A stretch of 64,000 nucleotides of DNA from the human T2T-CHM13v2.0 reference genome, Homo sapiens: NCBI RefSeq assembly GCF_009914755.1, contig NC_060934.1; one strand, 5' to 3'. The position numbers and the translations under genes were made by a program. The notes under the pieces were generated by a model that worked only from the letters and a program-made list of their open reading frames with translations, made no database searches and was not told the origin of the DNA. Every line of letters starts with the position of its first letter. Positions within the stretch are counted from its first letter, which is position 1. Below, one piece after another: positions 27,452-40,255 of the stretch.

Positions 27452-27883
27452 GAGTCATCATGAACAGATGAATAAAGGGCTCTTTTTGTCTTTTTCTGAA
27501 AAATAATAAAAAATATTTTCCTTTCTTCAAGGAAGTGAATATTTTGTAGCTGAAGGAATGGCTTCCAAAGAGTATGAATAAGTTCAGTTATAAAAGATAC
27601 CAGTAAAGAAAAATAAAACAAAATAAATAAAATGGAGGAAGCATACCCCCCGGTTTAAGACAAAAAAAGAAAAGATAATATGGTGTTTCTACAATGATAG
27701 AGAAATACTACAATAAAATTGAATGGAAAACCCAGAATCATACCCATTCATAAAAACCATAGACTCAAAACAAAACTGTCACTGCAGTCAATGGAAAAAT
27801 TATGGCCTTTTCAATAAGCAGAACTTGGTTAATTGTATAGTCATAGTAAAAAATATATATATTTGCATTTTTTATGTATTTTG

Positions 27884-27890
<7 letters not shown>

Positions 27891-27929
<39 letters not shown>
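27891..27929 (+). repeat. (CA)n microsatellite
   Basis: ~19 AC units. Confidence 0.97.
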
Positions 27930-27934
<5 letters not shown>

Positions 27935-28134
27935 TTAAATCTCTAAGACATAGCTTCCTACTTCACATCGTATAAATATAGGAAGTATTATAGATGTAAG
28001 TAAGAAAGATAGGATAAATATATCTTTTAGATTCTAAAATATTTTCATTTTTGATTAAAAAAGTCACCTTGAATAGGACTTAAAAGCATTAACTGTAAGT
28101 GCAAATGCTGATAAATTTAACAATGCTACAATTA

Positions 28135-28490
<356 letters not shown>

Positions 28491-29103
28491 AATTTTTTTT
28501 TTTACAAAATATATGACTGGCAATGGCTTTGAATGCAGAAAATATGCAATGTGAAACATTTACAAGCACTCCTGAAAACAAATTTGCGTAATTTACTAAA
28601 CATGAATAAATTCATGTTCTAAGACTCAGAGATACTATTTTCAAATCTATTTCCCAACAGAAATATGTTCACATATGCTTGAAGATACATGTATAAGAAT
28701 GCTTAAGACAGTATTTTTTATTCAAGCCATAAACTGGAAAAATTACCTCAAAAGTGATTACAGACAAATATATTGTGGTACGTTCATTTAGTGCAGTACA
28801 GCAATCACAACAAATAAAATACCACTCATGCAACAAAATAGGTGATTCTCACAAAAATAAAGAACACCTAGAATTCTGCCTTTATAAAAGAAAAATAAAT
28901 AGAAAAAAATGAAACTCCAGTGTTGAGGAACAAATGTGAGAGTGTAATATTACAAGGAAAAGTAAGTCAGTAATTTTCATAAGTCAGGAGAGAAGAGATG
29001 GGGAGTGAGCCCTCGAAGAGGTTCTAGAGTGGAGTGCTAGCACGTTGGGTTTCCTGACTTGTGTGGTGCTGTGTTTGTTATAATGCATTGAGTTTTATTC
29101 TGT

Positions 29104-29104
<1 letters not shown>

Positions 29105-29149
<45 letters not shown>

Positions 29150-29390
29150 GGCTATCTGTCTATCTCTTTATTTTTGAGACAGGGTCTGGCTATGACCCAA
29201 GGTGGAGTGCAGTGGTGCAATCTTGGCTCACTGCAGCCTCGACCTCCCCAGGCTCGGGACCTCCCAGGCTCAGGTCATTCTCCCACCTTAGCATCCCAAG
29301 TAGCTGGGACTACAGGTGCACACCACCAAGCGGCTGATTTGTGTATTTTTTAATAGAGATGGGATTTCACCATGTTGCCCAGGCTGGTCT
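29105..29390 (-). mobile_element. Truncated AluJ with adjacent (TATC)n microsatellite
   Basis: (TATC)~11 at 29105-29149, then antisense Alu ending GCCCAGGCTGGTCT. Confidence 0.85.
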
Positions 29391-29494
29391 AGGAAGATGA
29401 AGATTCACATGGTACTGACATTTTTGTAAGGCAACATCTGATATATAATACCTGCTTTGAATTCCTTACTTATAAATTGGAATAAAAATAGCCC

Positions 29495-30673
29495 TGTTCA
29501 CAAAAAAAAGCCAAACTCTGTAAAATATTTGAAGAGGTTTATTCTGAGTCAGATTAGAGAAACATGGCCCGGGACACAGCTTCAGGAGGTCCGAAGAATA
29601 TGTGCCCTGGGTGGTTGGGTTATAGATTGGTTTTACACATTTTAGCGGACAGGCGTTACAGGCAAAGACATAGATCAATACACGCAAGTTACACATTGGC
29701 TCAGCCTGGAAAGGCAGGACATCTCAAAGCAGGGATCTTCCAGGTTCTAGGTAGATTCAAAGATTTTCTGATGGGCAGTTGGTTGAAAGAGTGAAGCCCT
29801 GCTTAGAGAGTTAAAGTCAGCATAAAGAAATGCTTGAGTTAAGACAAGGGGGTGGGGGTGGTGGAAGCCCAGGCTCTTGTCATGTAGATGAAGCCTCCAG
29901 GTAACAGGCTTCAGAGAGAATAGAAGGTAAACAAACACCGCATGTTCTCACTCATAGGTGGGAATTGAACAATGAGAACACATGGACACAGGAAGGGGAA
30001 CATCACACACCAGGGACTGTTGTGGGGTGGGGGGAGGGGGGGAGGGACAGCATTAGGAGATATACCTAATGCTAAATGAGGAGTTAATGGGTGCAGCACA
30101 CCAACATGGCACATGTATACATATGTAACAAACCTGCACATTGTGCACATGTACCCTAAAACTTAAAGTGTAATAATAATAAAATTTTTTTAAAAATGTC
30201 TCTTATTGGACCTTAGAAAGTGTCGGCTCTCTGGAAAAGACCTAGGGAGGGACCAGCATCCTTTTTACACTTGTACTTTTACTTGCGCTTTTTACAGACT
30301 GCAAATTTCCCCCATAAGAGATGGCTTTGCAGGCCATTCCAAAATTGCCAAATAAATATTTTTTGTGGTAAAATACTTGGATTTGCTTTAGGGTCTGCGA
30401 TGTGTCATGTGGTGCTATACCAGAGTCAGTTTGGGATTTGGTGTCTTACTGCTACAAAGAGCCTGCTTTGTCAGTCTCCAGATCTCTGTTTTAACGTGAA
30501 TGCTGGTCAGTTGTGCCTGAATTCCAGAGGGAGCAGGGTGTAATGAGGCATGTCTGCCTCTCCCTTCCTGTCATGGCCTGAACTAGTTTTCAGGTCTCTT
30601 TGCAATTCCTTCGGCCAAGAAGGCGGGGCCGTTCAGTCCATCGGCGGACTAACAATTTTATTTTTGCTTTACA
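29495..30673 (-). mobile_element. MER4-family ERV1 LTR, interrupted by an L1PA fragment
   Basis: Reverse complement starts TGTAAAGCAAAAATAAAATT; contains CAAACTCTGTAAAATATTTGAAGAGGTTTATTCTGAG. Confidence 0.8.
29931..30196 (+). mobile_element. 5'-truncated L1PA3/4-like 3' UTR fragment
   Basis: CAAACACCGCATGTTCTCACTCATAGGTGGGAATTGAACAATGAG...G-run...CCAACATGGCACATG...ACTTAAAGTGTAATAATAATAAAA. Confidence 0.95.
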
Positions 30674-31135
30674 GTCTGTACCTCATGAAGTTGTTGGTAT
30701 GTACTTTTAAATGGATTCGAACAGGAAAAAGCACTTGGAATTGTGTCTGACACATAACAAGCACTCAATAAATGTCAGCTTTTGTTGCCATTAGCCTAAT
30801 TTTCAGTGTCATCCCTGTTATAAAAGGATTTATATCTCTTCTTGTAGCATAAACGCAGGCAGATTTGGCACTTAACTAATGATGAGTAAAGTAATCAACA
30901 ATAGCTAATGTACACTGAAAAAAATAACATTAGATTTTGTCTCTGGTCAACTTTCCCTATTATATTTTTGCAGAAGCAAACAAACATGTTCTGAATTCTA
31001 TCAAATGGTATAAAATACAGTGCTCCTTTGAGCACAATAGGGCTTTAAGTGCAAATATACAACGAGTTAGTAACACTGAAACTTTGGCAATGGCTAATCA
31101 ATATTTTACTTGCTTCAGGGTCCAAGACTACTTGA

Positions 31136-31468
<333 letters not shown>

Positions 31469-32250
31469 TAAGATAAGAAAAATGGAGCATTTGGGGTCAA
31501 TAAAAAGTAGAAAAAATTACATCTATGAATGTATGGAAAAAAAGATAATATTTCAACCACCATTAATGTGGCAGTTTTTTCTTGTAAATTTCTTTATGGG
31601 TCATGGATTTTATAATTTTGTAACACTATCTGAAGCTATTCTCTCAATGTTTTCTCATTATTTATATGACCATTGTCAAACATTTATGTGCCATTTATCA
31701 AAAAAAAAAAAAAACCAACTCCATTTACATTTCAACATGCAGTTTTTTAAGATCTTCCCCCAACACCTGTAATTGACTTATTGACACTTCATATATGCTG
31801 TGCTCTAATTTATTTCCACCTAATCATCATCAATATTTTCAAAGGATAAACACAGGACACTTTGGTTTTCCTATGAATTTTTCATTTTGTTTTCTTTTAT
31901 CTCAGTTATAGGAAAGAAGGGAAGATGTGGTAGGATGAGATGATGACTACATCATGGGAATTCATCTGGGGAAAGAACATTTAAAAAGTGACATGCCATC
32001 TACTTTGAAGAGTCAAGGAAAATATACTTCAAACTGGGTGTGAAGGAAGAGAACAGTAATAGCTCAGAGCTGACCAATGATCAGACCCACATGAGGTGCA
32101 AGGAACACACTTTACTTACTTGCACGACCACACAGAGCTGGAAATCCTTCTGCTTCACGTAATGGTCTTGTTATATTCTTTCTTTTAGCAATAGCATTTT
32201 GAGTGAGATTTCCTAGGTTGATTCATAGATATGGTTTTCTGCCATAAAAC

Positions 32251-32757
32251 TGTCAGAGGCATGTGAACCAGAGCAATTCCATCTTGAATAGGGACTGGGT
32301 AAAATAAGGCTGAGACCTGCTGGGCTGCATTCCCAGATGGTTAAGGCATTCTAAGTCACAGGATAAGACAGGAGGTCAGCACAGGATACAGATCATAAAG
32401 ACCTTTGCTGAGAAAACCGGTTGCAGTAAAGAAGCCAGCTCTAATCCACCCAAACCAAGATGGCAACAAGAGTGACGTCTGGTTGTCCTCACTGTTACAG
32501 TCTCATTAGCCCCATGATAATTTACAAATGCTATGGTAACATCAGGAAGTTACCCTATATGGTCTAAAGAGGAGAGGCAGGAATAATCCACCCCTTGTTT
32601 AGCATATCATCAAGAAATAACCATAAAAATGGGCAACCAGCAGCCCTTGGGGCTGCTCCATGGAGTAGCCATTCTTTTATTCCTTTATCTTCTTAATAAA
32701 CTTGTTTTCACTTTATGGACTCGCCCTGAATTCTTTCTTGCACGAGATCCTGTAACA
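32251..32757 (+). mobile_element. MER41A-type ERV1 solo LTR
   Basis: TGTCAGAGGCATGTGAACCAGAGCAA...TGTAACA; lacks the tandem GAS segment of MER41B. Confidence 0.88.
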
Positions 32758-34530
32758 AAAGGGCTGAAAGACATAACCTACTTTTACATGAAATATTCTT
32801 AATACCACTTCAAGTAAAACTTTTCAGAAATCTCCAAACACCCTGTTTCTTAGTGAATTCTTAACCTTGTATCTTCCTTTTTCCTCCTTCGTTGAGACCT
32901 AGCAAAATTATTTTTAATCGCATGTGTATACAGACCCACCCTTATATTCATTATCACATTATTTATTAAATGTGCATTCTTAATGTAAATGCCAAATAGT
33001 ATTCTTGGAATCAGATCTCAAAAAAATAAAATAAAATCCCAAAGAAATTGTGAGAATGTAAAGTATTGTTGGAGAAAGTACATATCTTTGATCTTCATTG
33101 AATTTCCACACTATCCTAGAATGTGATTTATTTTTATCTCACGCCTGAAGTAAGGAAATTATTTTGTTGTGGATTCACTGAGATAAGAGTTGGAGGTGTG
33201 TGGCCCCAACTTCAGGAGAAAAACTTGTGATTGCAGCTCAGAACAGAGACCTCGCCCAAGGATCTGCTTCTCTTTACACAGGACTGTTTTCCTTTTGAGG
33301 CTACACCTCCCTTCTGTGAATTCCCTGATGATATTAGAGATGTTTTCATGCTAAGAGCTTCATGCCACACAGAGATGGTTGTGATCAGAGCTTTGTGAAG
33401 CCATCGTCCTCACACAGTCCTGGGAGTGAAATCCAGAGTGAAGCTTGGCTTATCCATCAGCAAAGGTATCCTTTGTTCTATGACTGGGAGAGGATGGCTT
33501 CTGTGAAAATACTGCTTTTCATTTCACCAGACCTCAAAGTGATGCAGAAAAATATTTTGCCCTGTCATCTGTGCTTCTTTACCTTTCATGGCAGGGCTAA
33601 TTTTTCAGTTCTAATGACAACTTCACTGTAACATCAATCAAGTATAAAAGCTGTCTCTGTCAGAGAGGAAAGACCCTTTATGCAAAAAAAATTTGATGCG
33701 GAAAAAAAAGTTAAGCCATACAGCAATTAGAAACACATTTTGGATGTATTTTTTTCCCTCCCTTTTCAAGGGCAAAAACAAAGAAAAATTACTTTTAGGG
33801 CAACGGTATGTGTGTTCTCAGACTATGCCAAATGTGTCATATGTTTGCAAAGTGCCTCCTCCGTTTAAAGGTATACTCTTTCATTTAGAAATACTTTACC
33901 TAAACAAACTCTTAAGGAATTTGGGTGGGAAATGTAAAAGTTAGAAACATTTAAATTATTAAAATTAAGTATTTAAAATTCAACATGTATATGTTTTATT
34001 ACGTGTTGATATCACAGAAAGGAAAACAGTCCTGTGTAAAGAGAAGCAGATCCTTGGGCGACGTCTCTGAGATTTTATCATGATAGATACATCTAAGAAA
34101 TAGATTTGTTAGATAAATATTTACGATTAACTCAATGCTTTTAATTTTAAAAATACAAAGTGAATTTCAATCTATAAAAATATTTTTATCGAATGAGAAA
34201 GTAAGTCTGTATGAATTAGAAATCAGAAGAACTAATTTTTATACAATAAGTAGGCATGAGACAAATTAACTACATTAAAGCTTGCAAGAATCTCAGGAAA
34301 TAAGTGTACGGAGAAAAAACAGCAACATTTTATTTTAGTATGAAGATTGACTTATTTGCCCTAATAATGAGCTTCTGTATTTTTTCCCGTTTTTCTAGAT
34401 ATTTATTATCATATAATGAGGCACAGTTAATATAAAACATGTGTTATTTTAAAACATTAACAGCAGACTCTCAAACTGTGACCTTACAGATCTGAAGGAC
34501 CATATGTAGATATTGACCCAGACCAAGTAG

Positions 34531-34745
34531 CAGTGTTGTTGGTTTTTTTTTTTTTTTTTTCTGTGAAGGGCAAAAGAGTAAATAGCTTAGGCTTTGAGAC
34601 CGTAAGGTCTACACTGGTTCAACTCTGTAGCGGTCATAGACCATATGAAAATGAATGGGCACAGCTGTATTCCAATCAAACTTTTTTTCATAAATGTAGG
34701 CAGTGGGCTAGCTTTGTTCTGCAAGCCATAGTTTGCTGACCCCTC
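34531..34745. mobile_element. MER58A-like hAT-Charlie element
   Basis: TTTTCTGTGAAGGGCAAAAGAGTAAATAGCTTAGGCTTTG...GCCATAGTTTGCTGACCCCT. Confidence 0.8.
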
Positions 34746-34807
34746 TTCTGTAGCATGTTTTTCAAATAGTCATGCATAACGTGCTTTAAAATCATCTGGA
34801 TTTTCTT

Positions 34808-36490
34808 CAGGGGTGGATTTAGTTTTTATAGTGACTGAACATTATAAATTAGAGAAGATTTTCTTTAAGAAAAAAGAACAAAATTGTGAATATAAATTAG
34901 GAAGGTAGCTACTTAGTGTTAGAAATGAAATCATACTGAATATCATAAAATTATAAAATCCATAAAATATTATAGTATTTGTATCAATTGTCTGAAATAT
35001 CTCACTAACACATCTTTCCTATATTTTTTGGCTCATACTTTTTCATCTCTTTTTGATTTGTAACGTCACTTACTACACAAGTAGTAGAAAGTTCACGTCC
35101 ACTTTTCTAACACACTTATTAAAGTTTGTTAGTAATAGGTACAAATAAATTGTTTTCCATATAACATAGATGTGATATTGGTCATGTCCTGCAAATAATC
35201 CAGGACTACTATCAATTTTGAAAAAAAATAAAAAAAGAAACAAGAAAAAACCCCTCCACCAAATGTCCGGTGTAGACCCATGAGGTTTGAGTGTGTTTTC
35301 CACGGACCTGTCCTGGCTCTGCACATTTCTAACCCCGTTTCCTCTGCATCCTCTACGTGTTGTCTTGCCTGTGCCCCAGCACGGAAAGCCACTGAGCTCC
35401 GCACGTGTGTGACAGGTGGTTGGACTGGCTGAGAGGGGCAGGAGACGGCTCTCCCCCACCCACGAGAAACATCGGGTGATGGTTCAGCAATAATTGCATT
35501 GCCTCTCTGAGGGTGATAATCCAGCAGTGCCGGGGAGGCGCCCTTTCCTGATGGTCCACACCTATTAACATCAAAATGTTCATTGAATGCGGGCCTCAGG
35601 GAGAAGAAACTTTCTGTGGATGCGCACTAAGAGACGAAAATGGCGATGTAGGATCTTGAGGGTACACAGCACCGGAAACGGGAAGGAAACCTCAGCGGGA
35701 CCTGTGTTGTCCGTCCCTAAGCACACTGCGCATGCGCATTTCCCAGGGCAAGGAGGGCTCTGCGCATGCGGACAGTGCACCCTGAGGGAAGAATCATGGA
35801 AAAGGGGTGAGTCTATCAAAATCTTAAGATCACGGTTAAACCGGACACTTGACCTCTCTTTAACCTTCATGTGCCAGGGCACCTTTCGTTCTTTCCTGTT
35901 ATAAGCCCTCTTTAAGTAGACTTCCATTCCTGCCATAGAACTTGCCTCCGTCTCTTTTCCTGCTTTATGCCCCTCAGTCAAATTAGTCAAATTCTTTTTT
36001 CTGAGGAGACAAGGGCTGAAGTTGCTACGAACCCATTGGGATTTGAGCTGGTAACTCAGGTCTCTGCCACCGGTAATACGTGGGTGCTGCCAGGGTCCTG
36101 GTGCTGTGAATCAACCTAGAGAGGAACAGGCCAGAGCTATCCCTATAGGCAGAAACTATCCCTATAGACAGCAGGAAGCGGCTTCACCAAACTGAACTCA
36201 GAAGTGACCCCAGATAAGTCACAGACCGACGTCTCACTCAAAAGAAATGTATTACCAAGTCAGTTTCCCATAACGAATTCTCCCAAACAGCCACGCCCAT
36301 TACAAAAGGAAGTGTGATGGTGGGAAAGTCATGGCCAAAGGAAGGTCTTTAGTAAGAACAGAAACATCCTACGTTTGCAGAGTTCACAAAGACATTTGAC
36401 CATGTGTGTGTGCCTGGTCATCTCCCAGACCCTTGGCTGCAGCTGTTGTCAGAAAAGGTCACCAGAGCTTTAGCCCCATTCACATCCTAA
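34808..36490. mobile_element. Zaphod/MER115-like hAT-Tip100 element, split by an LTR
   Basis: CAGGGGTGGATTTAGTTTT...TCTTTAAGAAAAAAGAACAAAATT start; CACAAAGACATTTGACCATGTG...CTCCCAGACCCTTGG end. Confidence 0.55.
35430..36078 (+). mobile_element. ERV1 solo LTR (MER50-like)
   Basis: GCGCACTAAGAGACGAAAATGGCG, CACACTGCGCATGCGC, GAGGGAAGAATCATGG; ends GCCACCGGTAATA. Confidence 0.65.
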
Positions 36491-37193
36491 GAGTCACGTC
36501 CAGATTTCCTTCAAATGGAGACCTCGACCCCCATCCCGGATCAGGGGACTGTGAATCTCTGGGCACATGGTCTGGAGGGGCTATGTAATGATCAGAACAA
36601 CGTTCTGATAGCCCGCAGCAGCCTGGGCCTCCCCTAACATCCAGGGTCGATAAAGATGTTTGGAAAACCAGAGATGTACCTCATTCCAGAATATTGCACA
36701 AAGCCCTCTAGTTATAGAAAATCCTCCCTTGTTTGAATCAAAATAAACTATTAAATTTGGGTGTAAGTGATACATGCTTGTATTTTATCAGAGGGTGTAT
36801 TCGTAGATGCTGAGGAGTTGTTACATCTATAAGTTTATATTGACAATTTCATAATTATTTTAGTTCACAGTTTAAATTTCATAGAGATTTCATACCTTTT
36901 GAATACTTATAATAATGCACAGATACAAAATATTTTTTCTTTTTTATATATATAGCTAATTTAGTAGATACATAGGTGAGTAAGTAGATAGATGTATAGA
37001 TATTCACAGTAGCTCTTAAGAACATACTTTGTACATGTGCCTTGCAATAAATATTGTTGAATAAATAAATGAGTATATAGGTTATCTTATTAGAGCATCA
37101 AAAAAGCCTTTGATGTAACTTGGGCTCGAAATGAAAGAAAATTTGCCAGTGTTGATGCAAGAAACATATTGCCAAATTTGGACTTGTCCCCAG

Positions 37194-37275
37194 ATCTGTG
37201 CACTCCTAATTCTGGTCAACTATTCATCCTTTCAATTACCTGAAAAAAAGAAATTCCGTGTCTGCTTTCAAATGG
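37194..37275 (+). other. Candidate 82-nt exon
   Basis: acttgtccccag| acceptor and TGG|gtaagt donor. Confidence 0.2.
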
Positions 37276-37339
37276 GTAAGTGCAAATTAAACATTCATCC
37301 TGGACACTAAGCCATTTTTGAAGCCTTGAAAATAGCAAT

Positions 37340-37600
37340 CACGTGGCTAGTCATTGCTATTATTAAAGATTTATTACAACCTACTTCACATATTCCAAGC
37401 AGTCTCCTAACCCCTTTATAAATATTAACTTAACAAATTCCTCATCAAAGTGCCATCGAGAACCCCTGTTATTATCCGTATTACAGGTGAGGATCCTGAA
37501 GCACAGGTGGTTAGGCAGCTTCCCAAACCCATTCAGGAGAATCTAGAGAGGCTTAGGTTCACATCAGTACCTCTGGGTTCTGATTTCATATTTTCTGTCA
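37340..37600. mobile_element. MIR SINE
   Basis: TATTATCCGTATTACAGGTGAGGATCCTGAAGCACAGGTGGTTAGGCAGCTTCCCAA, MIR core. Confidence 0.7.
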
Positions 37601-39232
37601 TGTACTATGACAATCTGATTCTCAAACACACAGACCTTGTGGAAAATGCAAATCCTAGAGTTTGAATTACCTAGATAAAAACGAATCTTTGTTTGAACCA
37701 TGGTCGCTTAAACTATCCAATAACCAATATATATCAATATCTAAAATGGCCTTACAAGTCTTCCTAAGAAATCAGCTTTTTTAACATGGTGGCAGTTTGT
37801 ATTTTATTAATCAACATAAGGCTGGCCTGTCTTGGCTATTAACTATGACTTAAAGGAAATTTCCTATTCCTCCTGGACATCGGCAAGTTCATCTCTAAAT
37901 CATGTGGAAAATAGAATATAATTCATAAGTGGCCAGGGAGATGAAATGGCTGCTGTATAAGCATCTCCAGTATATGGTCGATATTCTCAGCATTCACTCA
38001 GTGCGTTTTCTTCACTTATCATGGAGCTATGTTTGTAAGTTCTCAAGTCATCACAGGGCTATTTTTAAACGCCCCCATCACTTTCGAATTGTTTCCCAGT
38101 CAGTGACTTGTGAGCTCTCCTTTAACTTTTAATCTTCTTTGACATTTCTTCACCCTGCCTTTGTTTGTGTTTTCTCACCATAAATCATCTCTGTCTAGGA
38201 GAAGCCACTCATCAGTCAAGGTCTCATCACATCTTCGCTCCCCCGAGGCTCCTCCTGTTTGGTAGGATTAGAGCTAGGATCGCCTGAGACCATGTAGATA
38301 GTTCAATAAACTGCTTAAGAAAACAGCCCTGCCCTTCTTTTACAAGCCGATCTCCGGCCCTCATTTCCAGCAGTTGCTATCCCAATCAATACTGGTATCT
38401 GAGTAATTAAAGGCTTCCAGGTTTAGAGTTCTTGCCTTCTTGCAGGCTCTCCTTATCTACAAAAACACTGCCTTACATATTTGCTTCCACTGTCCTTGAC
38501 TTTTCCAGCCGCAATCCACAATTACGTTGCTATTTTTTATTCCAAATTGACTGCTGTGTCAGGTGAGCTATTTAAAAGATTTTTGCTCATACGATTCCTA
38601 CTGTGGCCCACCCTGATAATATTTGACAGAGCCATTTAGTTTGTATCTGTTATCTTAGTGCCAAAGTAAATTCCACTCCCCTCCTCATGCATCTTTCCTG
38701 GATAAATAAATCCATCTCCATTGGATTATGCTCACCCCTTCATTAGCTCTCTGAAAAAGTGACTCCAGAAAACACCCTTTACAGTCTCAGGAGCTCTCTC
38801 TCTAACTGCCTTTCTGATGATCAATATCTGCACAAGAAATGAAAAATTCAGTCAAGCCCAGCCATGACTGCAATGATGTGAATATGTGATATTACATAGA
38901 TCACCAAATGTTATACAAAATTTTAAAAATCTGAGAAATGCTTCAGATGTTTTTCCTCAGACATCACTCATTGAGGCTGGAAGGCTTTCTATAAATTATG
39001 CAAGATGGCAGTCACATTATTCTGAATTTACAGAAGCCTAGATGTCGTTTTTACAAAACTGAGAGTCTATGGGCAGGACAAGTGAGGGAGAAGACATTAA
39101 GGAGAAAATGATGGAGAAAAATAAAAACGGAGCTGAGTAGTGAGAGGATGTGGTTTTAGTCAAGGCTACTCTGTGAAATGGCTCATAAGAACCTTGCCAA
39201 CAACTGTAAACATCCCCACTAACTGTAAAGAA

Positions 39233-39559
39233 CCATCACCACCCACCACAAGCAACAGCCATCACCACTACCACCAACAACAGCCATCACCACTGCCACC
39301 CACCACCAGCAACAGCCATCACCACCCACCACCAGCAACAGCCATCACCACCCACCACCAGCAACAGCCATCACCACTACCAGCAGCAACAACCATCACC
39401 ACCCAACAGCAACAGCCATCACCACCCATGACCAGCTACAGCCTCAACCACTACCACCAGCAACAGCCATCAGCCACTAACACCTACCAGCAAAAGCCAT
39501 CACCCCCACCGGCAAAAGCCATCACCACCCGCCAGTCGCAGCCATCACCACTAACCACC
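39233..39559 (+). repeat. Degenerate CAC/CAG/CAA minisatellite (~22-28 bp units)
   Basis: Repeated CCACCAGCAACAGCCATCACCA. Confidence 0.92.
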
Positions 39560-40200
39560 TCCTCAAATATAGGAGCCCATGGAAGATGGTGCCGGTCAGG
39601 GAAGAGCCACGGAGCAATAAAAAGACAAGTCAGTGGTTAAAAAAAGTTCCAAGTGTTAACCATCAGAGGTCAATCCTTTGCTTACAAAGAAAATAAAACC
39701 TAAAGTGGGAAGTTCATGCCACTAGGAAAGACAAGGAGTCTGTAGATATATCTCTTGAAGACAAAGTCATTTCAGGAAGAGCATAAGGAAAAGTTTATAA
39801 CCATGGTCGAAAATAACACATTAAAAGTAGAATCGGTCTGTTTTTGCTATGATAGTTTGCTTTACTCACATTCACAAGTAAAGACAGGGAGGTTCATGCA
39901 TCAGATCATGCCACCTTCACAAAGTCACACAACAGCTAAAGTCAGTAGATACACCCAGGCAGCCCAGAGTCAAAACCAAAAGTCTTTCACCGTGCTCTCT
40001 ATCATGGCTTTAATTTTCAACAAAAATAACTGTATTCAGCAAAGAGTTAAAACATTCCGCTTCAGTGAATCTTTGTAAATTTTCCACTTCCAGCTTTAAC
40101 ACTCTAAAAACTGCCCAGGTAATTGTACATAATACTAAGGGGGAGCAAAAGAAAAAAAAAATCAATAAAAGATTATATAATTGTATTTCTTATCTTCCAG

Positions 40201-40255
40201 TGCTGAAGCTATCCATAGAAAATCTAGTTATCAGAAGACACCCAACCTTGACAAG
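40201..40255 (+). other. Candidate 55-nt exon
   Basis: gtatttcttatcttccag| acceptor and AAG|gtgagc donor in non-repetitive DNA. Confidence 0.3.
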
